From Raillietiella orientalis (taxonomy: Eukaryota), in assembly GCA_036172245.1 (NCBI GenBank), contig JAYWIR010000001.1, forward strand, positions 8,556,001 to 8,620,000: a stretch of 64,000 nucleotides of DNA, read 5' to 3'. The notes below the pieces were generated by a model. The model did not search any database, was not told the origin of the DNA, and was given only the letters and a program-made list of their open reading frames with translations. A program made the translations under genes and the position numbers. Shown here piece by piece: positions 25,240-35,838 of the stretch (positions within the stretch are counted from its first letter, which is position 1; each line of letters starts with the position of its first letter).

Positions 25240-25583
25240 TCAGCAGCTGTTGTCGTAGTCTTCCAAAGTGAACTGGTTGACGGCCAACAGGTGATCTGCG
25301 AACCGGGAATTGCGCAGGATCTGGCCAACTGTCAGCTGGCCGGCGATACCACGTGTTCCGGAAAAGATGGCACTCCCGTCGCAAGCCCTCAGCGACGACG
25401 CTTGGCCGTCGCCCTTCGTCCCTACGTCCAGGTTGCGCACCGGGGTCCTCAGGGAGAAGTGAATGCTTCCCGAGGCTGTTTTCGGAAAGTCCATGGGTGT
25501 CTCCGGGTCCTCGAGCAACTTCTCCAGAAGGTGCAGCAGCCGGAACAGCTTCCGACCTTCGCTCTCCAAGTCCCTGATGAACC
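25240..25583 (-). CDS. Possible terminal exon of an unknown gene (RFIRDLESEGRKLFRLLHLLEKLLEDPET...)
   Basis: A ctgcttttcag acceptor is followed by a protein-like open frame; no recognisable domain. Confidence 0.3.
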
Positions 25584-28500
25584 TGAAAAGCAGAAAGGTT
25601 GGCGTCCTCCCTACTGCTGCCATCGTCATGACCATGATGATGGCTATCAGAGGCTACGCGTTCCTGAGGGGGGCTTCTTCGAACCCTGCCCTTCCGCACC
25701 CCTTTGCTTTGGGCTCACCGGAAGTTCTGCCTTTACTGGTTTTCCTGGTGACACTTGCACGAAATCGACCCGGAAATCGGAACCTGAAAACGATCGCACA
25801 CTTCCCGAAGCGACGATGCCTTCTCTTTCATCAAGCTCATCCAAACTATAACGACGTTTCCTTCCTGCCCCTCTAAGAAGAGTTCCCCAGCTACCACCAT
25901 CGCGTAGTCCTCGGAAATTCCAGGAAACAAAAGGATTGCGACGATACGAGCGAGGTCTTCCTTGCTATCCAGTGCGTTGGCAACTCAACAATGTGGGAAG
26001 CGGAAGTCACCCGTTGACCACCAGTTTTACTCCTTTCTCTGCTGCTGTCAATCCTGCGTCCACCCATGAGCTCTGTGATTAACCGCTCCTGGGCTCCCGC
26101 ATTTTCTTTCTCAGCAGTTCTGTCTACGGAGCAACTGTCCCTTGCAGTCCAAAGAGAGAGAGAGAGAGCGCCATCGTCTTTCCCTTCTTCACCTATCCAA
26201 ATCGACTTCTGCTCGTCATCCCCTCAATCAGCGGAGCGGGATGCGTCAAGGTCCTAGTTCCTGCTATGAGGGGGCAGCTACACAAAGGCTCCGGAGATGG
26301 GTAGGATGAGTCAATGCTTACGCAAACGAGGTGAGAATACCGTCTGCAGAGACACGGGAAGGCAGAGGCGATGACCTCAAAAGGCTTAGACTATCCCAGG
26401 GAAGTGCAAGTAGTGAAAGCGAAGAGACCCAAATGACAAGGACGTCGGAAATACCAACCTCTTCAACTCTTCTGGACATTCCGAGCTGCTCTCGTAGAGG
26501 GCAGCGAAGGGCAAGAGGGACTTCTGCTTCTTTCCGCTCTGAGCCGTCTCGATGGACGCCAGCACTGCAGCCGTCAGGCACGGGATCCCCTGGATGATGG
26601 TGACGTCATTCATTTGTGCATGAATCTCCTGACAAAGAGATGGGCGGTGTTAACACAGATCTCGACAAAGGGAGAGCAGAGAAGAGGGACGAAGGTGTCC
26701 TCATCGCTCCGGATCCGAGGCAGAGATGCCTCTTCTTTTTCCCCCTCATGCAAGTTTTACGGATTCAGCGTTTCATCTTCCCTCGTGACCAGGAGCTTGC
26801 CTCCTCGTGACATAAAAATCGACTCTTTATTGATCTTTGCCAGAGTCTTCCTGATTTCTGGACGACACTGAAGGATCCGTTTGGCACTCATTGCACCGAA
26901 GCTCTTGAGTGGCGAAGCAAGAGACGGTTCCTAACAACGATGGTTTCGCGCATTTGGTCATCTCAACATCATGGAGACCAGGTCGTTCTCACGCCGCACC
27001 ACGTAGCCAAACGGATGCATGCAGTGTCAAGAGCGAACTTTTCTACAAATGAGTGCCTATTCCTGTACATTTTTCCTTGTCACTGGACCTACACGCCAAA
27101 GACTAAATGAGCGTTGAAGCACGCCGCACGTCTACTGACTTTCGACATCTAACAGGGTGCAGAGAATCAAACCACGCGCAGTCGGATCACGTGACTCAGC
27201 AAGCGCGTAGTCTCTTCGTCCATTTAAAAACAGAGCCAAGTATTGGTTCTCGGAAGCGATCTGGAGAGACCGAATCCAATTCTCAATCTGAGAAATGGAT
27301 TGAACCGGTAGGCGGTAACCAGTGGGGTGATGGGGGAGGGAAAAGGAGCCGGAAAGTCTCTGAATTGGTGGATGAAGACCCGAAGGAGAATTCGTTACGA
27401 ACACTCGGCCATCTCACGAGCCGACGCGTCGTTGTTGGATTTCACAAGATAACAGTTAGCAGCAAGCGTTGTTTCTTACGCCGAAGAGGCAAACATCCTA
27501 TGCGATACTTGATGCCTTGTTGAGGGCGTTGGTTGCATCCGGCGGCGCCCAGAGCTATCAGTACTCTCCATATGGGAAGCAGCGACCTCCGATGATTGGT
27601 CAATTGAGAAAGTGATCTCCGAATCAGCAACCATCAGGAATTTCCTAAGGCGTCCCCAGGGACCGCCCTAGGAGGGAGATAGGAGGAGCGTCCCACTAAC
27701 GCATTCACCCTCCCATCTCGAAGCAACAGGACTGTTCGCTGCTGACGGGCGGCTCGTGTGAAGCCCGCTCGGGAGAATGCCTGGGGGCTTCGGCTTCCAT
27801 GCGTCTGAGTTCCAGGAAGTTTGCATCGACTTTTTGCTAGATGAAGAAGCGTGCTCCTCAGGAGCCTAATGGGGGATAATGCCATGGACCATGGGGACGG
27901 GGAATGGGGCGCTGGACAGAGGAGCTCCAAAGATCGCACTCAGACTGCACATTTGCGAATGCAGCAGGGTCGTTCATGGCGAGGAAGAGGCTTATCCCGA
28001 GAAGCCCACTTTCTCCTCTCTGTCTCTCGCAAGCCTCGAAAGTGGGGTGGTTTGCCCCGCAGGGTGGACCTTCTCCCTTCACGCATCCCGTCGCTCCCGG
28101 CGGCTTCGCGGTAAGTCGACGGCAGGGATAGCCGGGAAGGCGGTATCGATGCCTCGTGACTCCCCTGTCACACAACAGTGGCTCTTCGCCCCCTCCCCTT
28201 CCATAAGAGAAGCAGCTGTTTACTTTTTTGCCTTCCGTTCAGTGTCAAAGAAGCAAACAGGGGAGCAGCAGCAGCGGCACAGCAGGAAGAAGCAGCTGAA
28301 GGCAACGCTTCGTCGCACAGAAGGCACCTGCAGGTACTCCTTACGGCATCAACCGGAAGGTGGATTCTTCTGGAGAATCCACGCTCACCTCACGGTTCTG
28401 ACCAGAAAGAGTCTTCAGCAAGTCTCTAGAGGCCTCGATTTCTTTCAAAGTGCGTCCTTGCAGCCAGCCGAGAGGGATTCAACCCGTGTTCCCAAGAAAG

Positions 28501-28627
28501 CGGACCCCACAGAAAAAGTGCGCCACCCGGAGTCTCCCCGCAGTTGACAAACGGAAGCAACGGGAACGTTCGGCCGACGTGCGAGATGGCAGGGAGGGTA
28601 GAAGGGACGCATCCTCTTTTCACCTAC

Positions 28628-29291
28628 CTCCAGATCCTTCCTGGCTCCCTTCAGAAGACTCTCCCACTTCTTGTCCTTGCTGCAGGCTATGTCCTTTTGT
28701 TGCCTTGCTAGGATCGTAGCTGAGTCAGACGCCCCGTCTCCGATCTGAATATGTATCCTGAAGTCCGGTTGCTCCTCTCAGCACTACTCACCAGAGCGCA
28801 TAGTATGAAGAGCCTGCGGGATGTGCTCTCTTTCTGGAGCTCCTCCTCGTCCCTCTGCGCCTGCACCTCCAGCAGCTCTCGCTGCTTCTGTAGTGACCGT
28901 AACTTCCTCTTGTTCAGGCGGATTTGCTCCTGGACCTGTATGGCAAGGAGAGAGAGACTTATCCATTCCCGTGGGACCTTTCTTTTGCTGCTCACCTCCT
29001 GGATGGTCTCTCTCTGGTACGACAAGTTCTTCTCCGCGTGCTCCTTACGGACCAGATACTTCACATAGGCGTTTTGGTCGGTCGAGTTCTGCAAAAAGAA
29101 AGAGCGAGAGAAAAAGGAGGAGTGAGAGAACAGCGACTGTCGCGCCCCTAGACGAACGACCCACCTCCACGGCCCGCCTCATCTTCTCCAAATCCAGCTG
29201 CCTGCTCTGCAAGTTCTCGAGGCTTATCAGCTGCACTCGATTCTTGGCCTCCGCTAGACGCTCCGAAATCTCCCTTTCCTTCTCCAAACGC
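28628..29291 (-). CDS. Multi-exon coiled-coil protein of unknown function (internal exons)
   Basis: Exons 29165-29291, 28996-29088, 28792-28935 and 28628-28744 are joined in phase 0 by GT-AG introns of 76, 60 and 47 nt into one open frame (RLEKEREISERLAEAK...VQEQIRLNKRKLRSLQKQRELLE...LKGARKDLE). Confidence 0.7.
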
Positions 29292-30571
29292 CTAAGATAA
29301 AAAGTCAAGAGAACGTCTATCTAGAGGGTAGCCGGACTCGGGGTCAGAAGACAAAGAAGGATGCATCAAATGAAAGATGGGAGGGGAGGAGGGAGGAGAG
29401 GGATGTGAGTGCAGAAGCACACGAAGCAAGAAGATATGGGAAGTGTAAATCTGCGGACAGACCGTGGGTTCTGGGAGACTAGGGGCATAGGAATTCAGGG
29501 TGAAAGGAGACCAAGGGTAGGATAGAGGAAGTCAAGAAACCAGCTTAGGCATGAGGAGGTCCGGAAGGAAGAAAACTGGATGGGACCATGGGGCCATTCC
29601 ATTCATACCACCCACAGTCGCCAGTCAACGAGGCAGACATTCCTCTATCCCTCATCCTCCCCTCCCCATCTTCGGCACGAAGCGTGGTAATCCTCCCACT
29701 GCCCCACGTATGCGGTTGCGTTCTCATCCTGGTATGTACCTCGTCTTGTCCTCTGCAGGCGACGCGCCCGCTCCCTGCATCGCGGCCCACTGTCGCGGCG
29801 CTCCCTCAAAAGCACATCAAGTCGGGTTTGCCTACCTCTGGCGCATCACTTCCGATTCCGTCTCCCTGAGCATTTTGACTACGTTGCTGCATGTGGGCGC
29901 GCAGGGAGACGCGTCCACCATGAGCGCTCTCGATGGATCGTCCGCACAGCGGAGCGCGAGGGCGTTCAGGGACTCCACAGAGGACGGCCTTCCGAGACCG
30001 AGGCGCCGCCTGGAGGTTCGCTTATCCTCCTCAAGAGGAATGGTATCTTTTCTAGCGGACGAAGAGCGACCATCTCCTCGTTGCATCCGATCCCAGGCGT
30101 CCCCTGTCCTTCCTCCTCTCATTTTACTGTGCTTCTTCGCCGTGTCGATTGCTTTTGCAGTGGATCCGCACGTCTTCGCCCAGGGAGGTCTTCCCTTTAA
30201 GGGCGTGCTGCTCCTACAGGGTCTGTCGAAGGTTTCGGAGGATAACGGCAGGCACTTTCCTGGCCTTCGGATCTTCGTGCCCCCTGGAGGATGGAAACAA
30301 CAACATAAAAAGGCATTCCTTCTTCCGCCGGGAGCCATTTTGCTTTCCATTCCCGTTACCATGTGGCGTGCATGTAGGTGGAACATTGTGGGCGCCATCT
30401 TGAGAGAAATCCGTGAAAGATCTCTTGGTCTTGCCACCGATGGAGAGCTCGTCTATATCCATGGATATCCTGGATCCGCCAGCGCAGTCTGATGGGGTCA
30501 CTGACAGCTTGGTCGAGTCGCGAACTCCGCGGAATCCTCTGATCCCCCAGCAGGCCTGGCAAAAGTCCACA

Positions 30572-31414
30572 TCACCACTTCGGACCTTCTCGAGAGGCGA
30601 TTTCCGGCATAAGAGGTCTGAGGAACAAAGGGAGGGAGTTGAGGAAGGGGTTCAGCCAAATGAGAGACAAGGCGCCACACTGGTACTTGCCTTCCGCCAT
30701 CATGTTGCACTCCAGGATGAGAGATGCCAGCGTTATGGAGCAGGACATTAACGCTGAGGGTCTTCCGATGGCGAACAATCCCCATGGGTTGTCCGCCGTC
30801 TGCCCCTTGCCCAGAGAGATGAGATTCTTGGGACAGAAGCTCTTGCTGCTGGTATACAGCAAGTCGAAGTGGCCCACCTCGTACCTGCAAGAGGAGCTGT
30901 CTCCAGAGTAGAGGAGCAGCACCTTGGGCCGGGAAGACGTGAAGGTGTGAGGGGGAAGGGTAGCCATAAACTTCAGCTTGCTTGGATCTTGGCCGAAATG
31001 AGCCCGACTGTATATCTTGAACTGCCTCCCCATCAGGTAGGACAGCACGATGATTTCCAGAGTCCCTGCAGGCTCTGTGCGCTTCTCCATCGCGTCGATC
31101 CTGTCGATCACCCCCTTGTATGACTTCCCCTTGCGCTTTTCCAGCGTGAGGTACGGCACACTCTTCGTTACGTCTTCGAGGAATTGCAAATGCTCTCTCA
31201 TCGTCTCGCAGACTTTGCGGCGGATGAGGAAGGAAGCCTTGCTTTCTAGCTGTTCTTCGATGGACGTGCGCTCCTGGCCGAAGTTTCGCAGCTCGGGAAG
31301 GCAAAATACTGCAACCGCACGGAACAGCGACGCACCATCTGCAGCAATTTCTATCAGCTGCGACTGCTTCTTGACGCTATTCGAGTTCAACACAACTCTG
31401 TCTCCAGCACCCAT
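30572..31414 (-). CDS. OTU-domain protein with catalytic Cys replaced by Ser (predicted pseudo-deubiquitinase), intronless, ~280 aa
   Basis: IAADGASLFRAVA (canonical DGxCLFRA), IRRKVCETM, AGTLEIIVLSYLMGRQFKIY and LLYSG...GHFDLL. First ATG in the ORF is at 31414. Confidence 0.8.
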   Translation of the reverse strand: MGAGDRVVLNSNSVKKQSQLIEIAADGASLFRAVAVFCLPELRNFGQERTSIEEQLESKASFLIRRKVCETMREHLQFLEDVTKSVPYLTLEKRKGKSYKGVIDRIDAMEKRTEPAGTLEIIVLSYLMGRQFKIYSRAHFGQDPSKLKFMATLPPHTFTSSRPKVLLLYSGDSSSCRYEVGHFDLLYTSSKSFCPKNLISLGKGQTADNPWGLFAIGRPSALMSCSITLASLILECNMMAEGKYQCGALSLIWLNPFLNSLPLFLRPLMPEIASREGPKW

Positions 31415-34400
31415 GATTCCTGGAACCCGGTGTCGAAATTTTGATCTGACAATTCTGTGTTCTTGAGGAACGAGCCACGGCCAAGAATGAATGGTATCCT
31501 GGAAACGGAACGAAAAGCGTTCCGTTTCCAGGATACCATTTATTCTCCTCCCCTTTTCAAAAAACTGAGCAGCAACTGTGTGCGCCTGCTTTGAATTCCG
31601 AAATGGCACGCGGAGCGCATTATTTCATCCTCCTTGGATTTAAAATCTGAACTGAAATGGGAAGGGGTCAGGAAGGAATAGCTGATTAGGCATGCGAAGG
31701 ATTGGGAACCTCTAATAGAGGTGCTGGACCATTCTGCTTGATTAATGTCGTCTGTTAAGCATTCTTAACACTATAAACACCTCTGGAGATGTAACGCGCA
31801 GCTATGTTCCGTTTATTCACAACCAGACGAACAACAAAACTAAGAGCAAGAAATCATAACAGCGACAACCCCGGATTCCGCCTGCAAATCTTCCTGTGCA
31901 TGCCTTTTGTTCCGAGTAACGATCCCTCAGTGGTAACGGTTGTCGGGGCAGCTTGTTACCTCTTCGGATAGATGGCGACGCGTTTCCGAAATTCGCCGCA
32001 TCTCACTCCGCTGGAAGCACGGCGATTGCGCCATTGTGCTAACTTGACGATCTGCAGTGGCGCTATTGCACATGCCTGTAGCATCTGGAAGAACTGAAGC
32101 TGGAGCACACTGAACGGCACAAGAGTACTACTACTGTTTTTGTATCGGAGTTGGCTTAGGCAGTTACTTGACGTACATTGCCCGACTAGAAGAGCTAATA
32201 TTTATCGTTCGTGCGAAGCAGTTCCATTCTTTGAGCCTAGAGTCTACTTTTTTTGCCTTTTCGTTTTCGCTTTTTTCCTCTACTGCGATCCGAGTCCTTT
32301 TCGTTCGATTTCTCAGCGAGAATGTAAGGTAAGTAGATTGCTTTGTGATGTCAAATGGCAACTTTGAATGTATTCAGTTACATGCAGATGGTTCCTTAGC
32401 AAAAACCAATCACTACCGTGAACGACGATGCGTTATTGGTTTTTTCTTCCATCTCCCCCCCTCCCCCCCCCTCCTGCGTCACCTCCCTCTTTATGAGTAC
32501 CGTTTTTGGGGTTTCGTTTGTCTGCCTTAGTAATCGCTTTCCCAAATCGAATGAATCCGTCGGATCGTATCGGCGGGCAAAAGTTTCTCGGATTTTTCGG
32601 GATGACAAGAAATCGGCGCTTTTTTTTTTTTTTTTTTCCTCTTCTTTTTTAAATAATCGTTGCGTGCGATCGACGTGTGCAATTCATGTGTGTGTCACAG
32701 CAGGCATGTCCTGCAATCCAGACTCGAAGTGTGTTGGACGTGAAAACGATGACACTCCCTGAAAGTATTTGCTCTTTCCCTACTTTGCAAATGGCCCCTT
32801 CTCTCCGTCCCTTACTTCGGCAATGCCTACATTGGCGTCTGCTGCGACGCACGCTGTTGTTGTTCCTGGAGATTCGAAATGCTCTCCTCTGCCGGTATTT
32901 GCCGAGGAGTCATGTCTCGATGCTTCTTCCTCCGTTTGATTCCCCAAACTGTAGTTTTAGGACGCGCGAACCATTTCTCTATTCTCGTCTCTCACGCACT
33001 TCCAGAGTTCCGACCGTCGCGAAATCCGATCCGGAGGCTGCTACCGTTCTCAGTCCTTTCTTCGAGAGCCTCTACGTTTAGTGAGAATTTTGTTTTATTT
33101 TCTTTCGACAAAGCGGGAATGTCTCCATTTCTACGCCATCACATTCTGAAGCTTCTCCATACTGTGAACGCGGCGAACTTGTTTTGTTGGACCGATTGCA
33201 TCACTCTATGGGTTGTTAAATCAGCCCAAGGTGGGCTTCCTCTGGTCACCACAACGTTTGTGGCTTCCAGAGCATGAGTGGGCTCCGAAGATTCTGGAAA
33301 CCAACGACTGAAAGAAATAGTTACGTCGGCTGACTCTGGTGTCCTAACTTCGAAGTCTGCTTCCCTGCTTTACTTTCGGTGTTGCCCCTTGGTGACGCCG
33401 AAAGTAAAGCGACACTTGCAGGACGCTAACAGTGCTTTCCCATGGAGCCGCCTCGGTTCCGTCTCTGCGACAGAGAGTTCTTGGCTTATCCACGCATCTC
33501 CCCTGTGCTACCGGAAATTCGGAATATTGACGGAAAAAGTCACGAAGATCCGCAGCTGTTTGTATCAAGAGGCTGACCTTTGTATCTTCCGCACCCCCCC
33601 GGGAAACGAAGATTTCGTCCCCCACCAGGGAGGATGGTTGTTCCTGGATGAAGGAAAAGGCCGTGGATTCTGGGATCGGAGCACAGCCACCTTGCGAGGT
33701 GCATTCAAGTTCCATAACTCGTGTCAGAGTGGGATAAGATTCCCCACCGGGTTTCCGAGAAGCGAGAGCAGCACCAGTGGGGCGGAACAGGAAGACGGAC
33801 GTATTTGAGGAAGCGACTTTCCGATTGGATCTCCAGTTTTAACTGCCAATCAGTCGAATGAGGAGACGGCACCTGGAGGGCGGAGAAAACTGTGAGCCCC
33901 AGTCGTTGGGCGACAGTAGCGAGCGAGCGAGAGATTTCCTCAGGCATTCCATCTGACCGAGTCAACTCGCCGCGCTTCGCGGACGCTACTGCAGCCAGCG
34001 CGGCGCTGAGCGCTGTTGACCTCCAGACTTCGGAGAATCCGCTGCCATTTCTTCACCCTCGTGCAGGAGACTGGAAGGAGCTGGTTCTCAAACATAGGAG
34101 GCCCGCTCAAGCCACGATGCGCTGTTGTTTTACATCCCAGATGGGGAGCCTCGTCTCCCAGGGAACAATGCATTTCCGCTGAGCACTCCGCGAGATTCTG
34201 GCGGCGCCGTCTGTCCTCGAGCTCGTTTCCATGGTTGCAGCGGGTTTCCGCAAGGCGCGAGGAAGGAGTGTACGCAAGCGTGCGCCTGAGCCGGAGTAGC
34301 GACTCGGGTCATCGGAGCTGGAGTGAACGCCACTGGCGGGTGTTATGCGTAGACGTGGCGAAACGAGGCTCTCGCCTTCGGAGAGCCAGTTTCCTCCCCA

Positions 34401-34599
34401 TGATAGCCTGGTCCATCTTCTTTGTGTCTGACCAGCTCGTCGTGAAGGACTTCTCTGCCTTCACGTTGAGCCTTTTTTGCCCCCCTCGTGACAGAGGGAA
34501 TTTTTGGATTGCCAAGGCAATGAGGCGGGGACTTCACTGTAACTAGCTGTCTCGGTACGTCCCAAAGGTGGGGATTCTGGATAGGGTGGCGAAAAATAA

Positions 34600-35480
34600 C
34601 AGGGCGTTCACCAGTGCTAAAGAAGGAATCGATGGGACGGACAAAGGGGAGGACAGGGGAGATGGAACTTCGCAGACGAGACCAGGAAGTGAGCGACGCT
34701 CCCATGAGGGTGGAAGTAAAGGGCTGGAGAGATACCGCTCGTGACAAGGCAGTCTCTACCAGGAAAGAGACGTTTCCTCCTTGCCCAAGATATCCCTTTC
34801 ACCCTAAACACGGACAGAATGGTGGTAGCAGCAGAGGCGTGGAAGCAAAGGAAAAGTGGCCCCTGGGTTAGAGACGTGCTACCTCGGATACAAAAAAAAG
34901 TAACAGGGGTCGTCCGACCAGAAGGATTTTCAAGGCACTCCGGATGGAAGGTGATAGAATGAAGCGAGGAGTTGATAGAGAGTGTGGGATCGCGGACTAG
35001 AATGACATGAAACTGGGGACAAGAACGGACGCAGCACATGGGGGGTTCACCGAGAGAACCAGAGAGCCACATTCCTTTCTCCGATGGACAAAGTGACATG
35101 GATATCAAGGAACGACTCCGTGCAAGTTGTTGGAAGGCGAGGGTTTGGCGGAGGCGGGACGCTTTCATTATTTTCCTTTCTCCTGGAGACTGCTGAAAGA
35201 CTCTTCTTCTTCCAGGAACGCCTCCTTGGAATTCGCGTTTTCCTCCTTGCATGCCTTGCGTCCCTTGGGGTGGAGCGAGAATGGGACGATCTTGGATGAA
35301 GCTTAAGAGAGGAATCTTTACCCCTCCATCCCTTCCTCCCACCGCTTGGAGGAGCCTCCAGGTGTTTTCGGTGCTTTTCCCCTTGCTTTCACGATCGTTC
35401 TGCGTGCTCTTCCAGGACGGAAGGTTCCGGAGACGCGAGAGATCAGCGGGAAATTCGGGAGGGTGAACTCGGCAGGAGTC
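34600..35480 (+). mobile_element. Possible highly decayed Tx1-like fragment
   Basis: Weak protein-level resemblance to the 6.9-7.2 kb copy (SWMKL...AWRSL...FCVLFQ...RQES). Confidence 0.25.
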
Positions 35481-35603
35481 CGCGTGAGGGGGGAGATGGA
35501 AGTGAAGGAAATCTTATTCTTCCTCTCGCCTCCCGGAGGGTGGAAGGGACGTCATGGAATGCAGGTTTTTTTTCTTCCAGGGAGGAGGACTTCGCGCGAG
35601 CTG

Positions 35604-35838
35604 ATGCCACGCTTCCGGCTGCTCCTGTGCTGTGCTGCGTGCCTGTCGTCGGGACTTTTGGGCGCGTTACCCGACGCACTGAAGTGCGATTTCGAGAGCG
35701 ACGTGTGTCCCTGGACGCTCAGCGTGGAGGGAGGACTCTCGACGGAAGTGCTCAGCGTCTCTGAAGCAGCCGCGCTCTTCTCTTTTAACCGCAGCGTGGG
35801 TGGCCACCCTCAGGAAGACGGGTCGTCCAATCCGAAAG
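35604..35838 (+). CDS. MAM-domain receptor (Alk-like), coding exon 1: signal peptide plus MAM start
   Basis: MPRFRLLLCCAACLSSGLLG is a hydrophobic leader, then CDFESDVCPW (MAM N-terminal motif). ttcttccag acceptor at 35580 and phase-1 donor g/gtcagt. Confidence 0.8.

Noticed and set aside
31415..31609. N-terminal 65 codons of the 345-aa ORF in the track
   Set aside because: It starts at a non-ATG codon; in a eukaryote the first ATG (31414), just before the OTU domain, is the likelier start.
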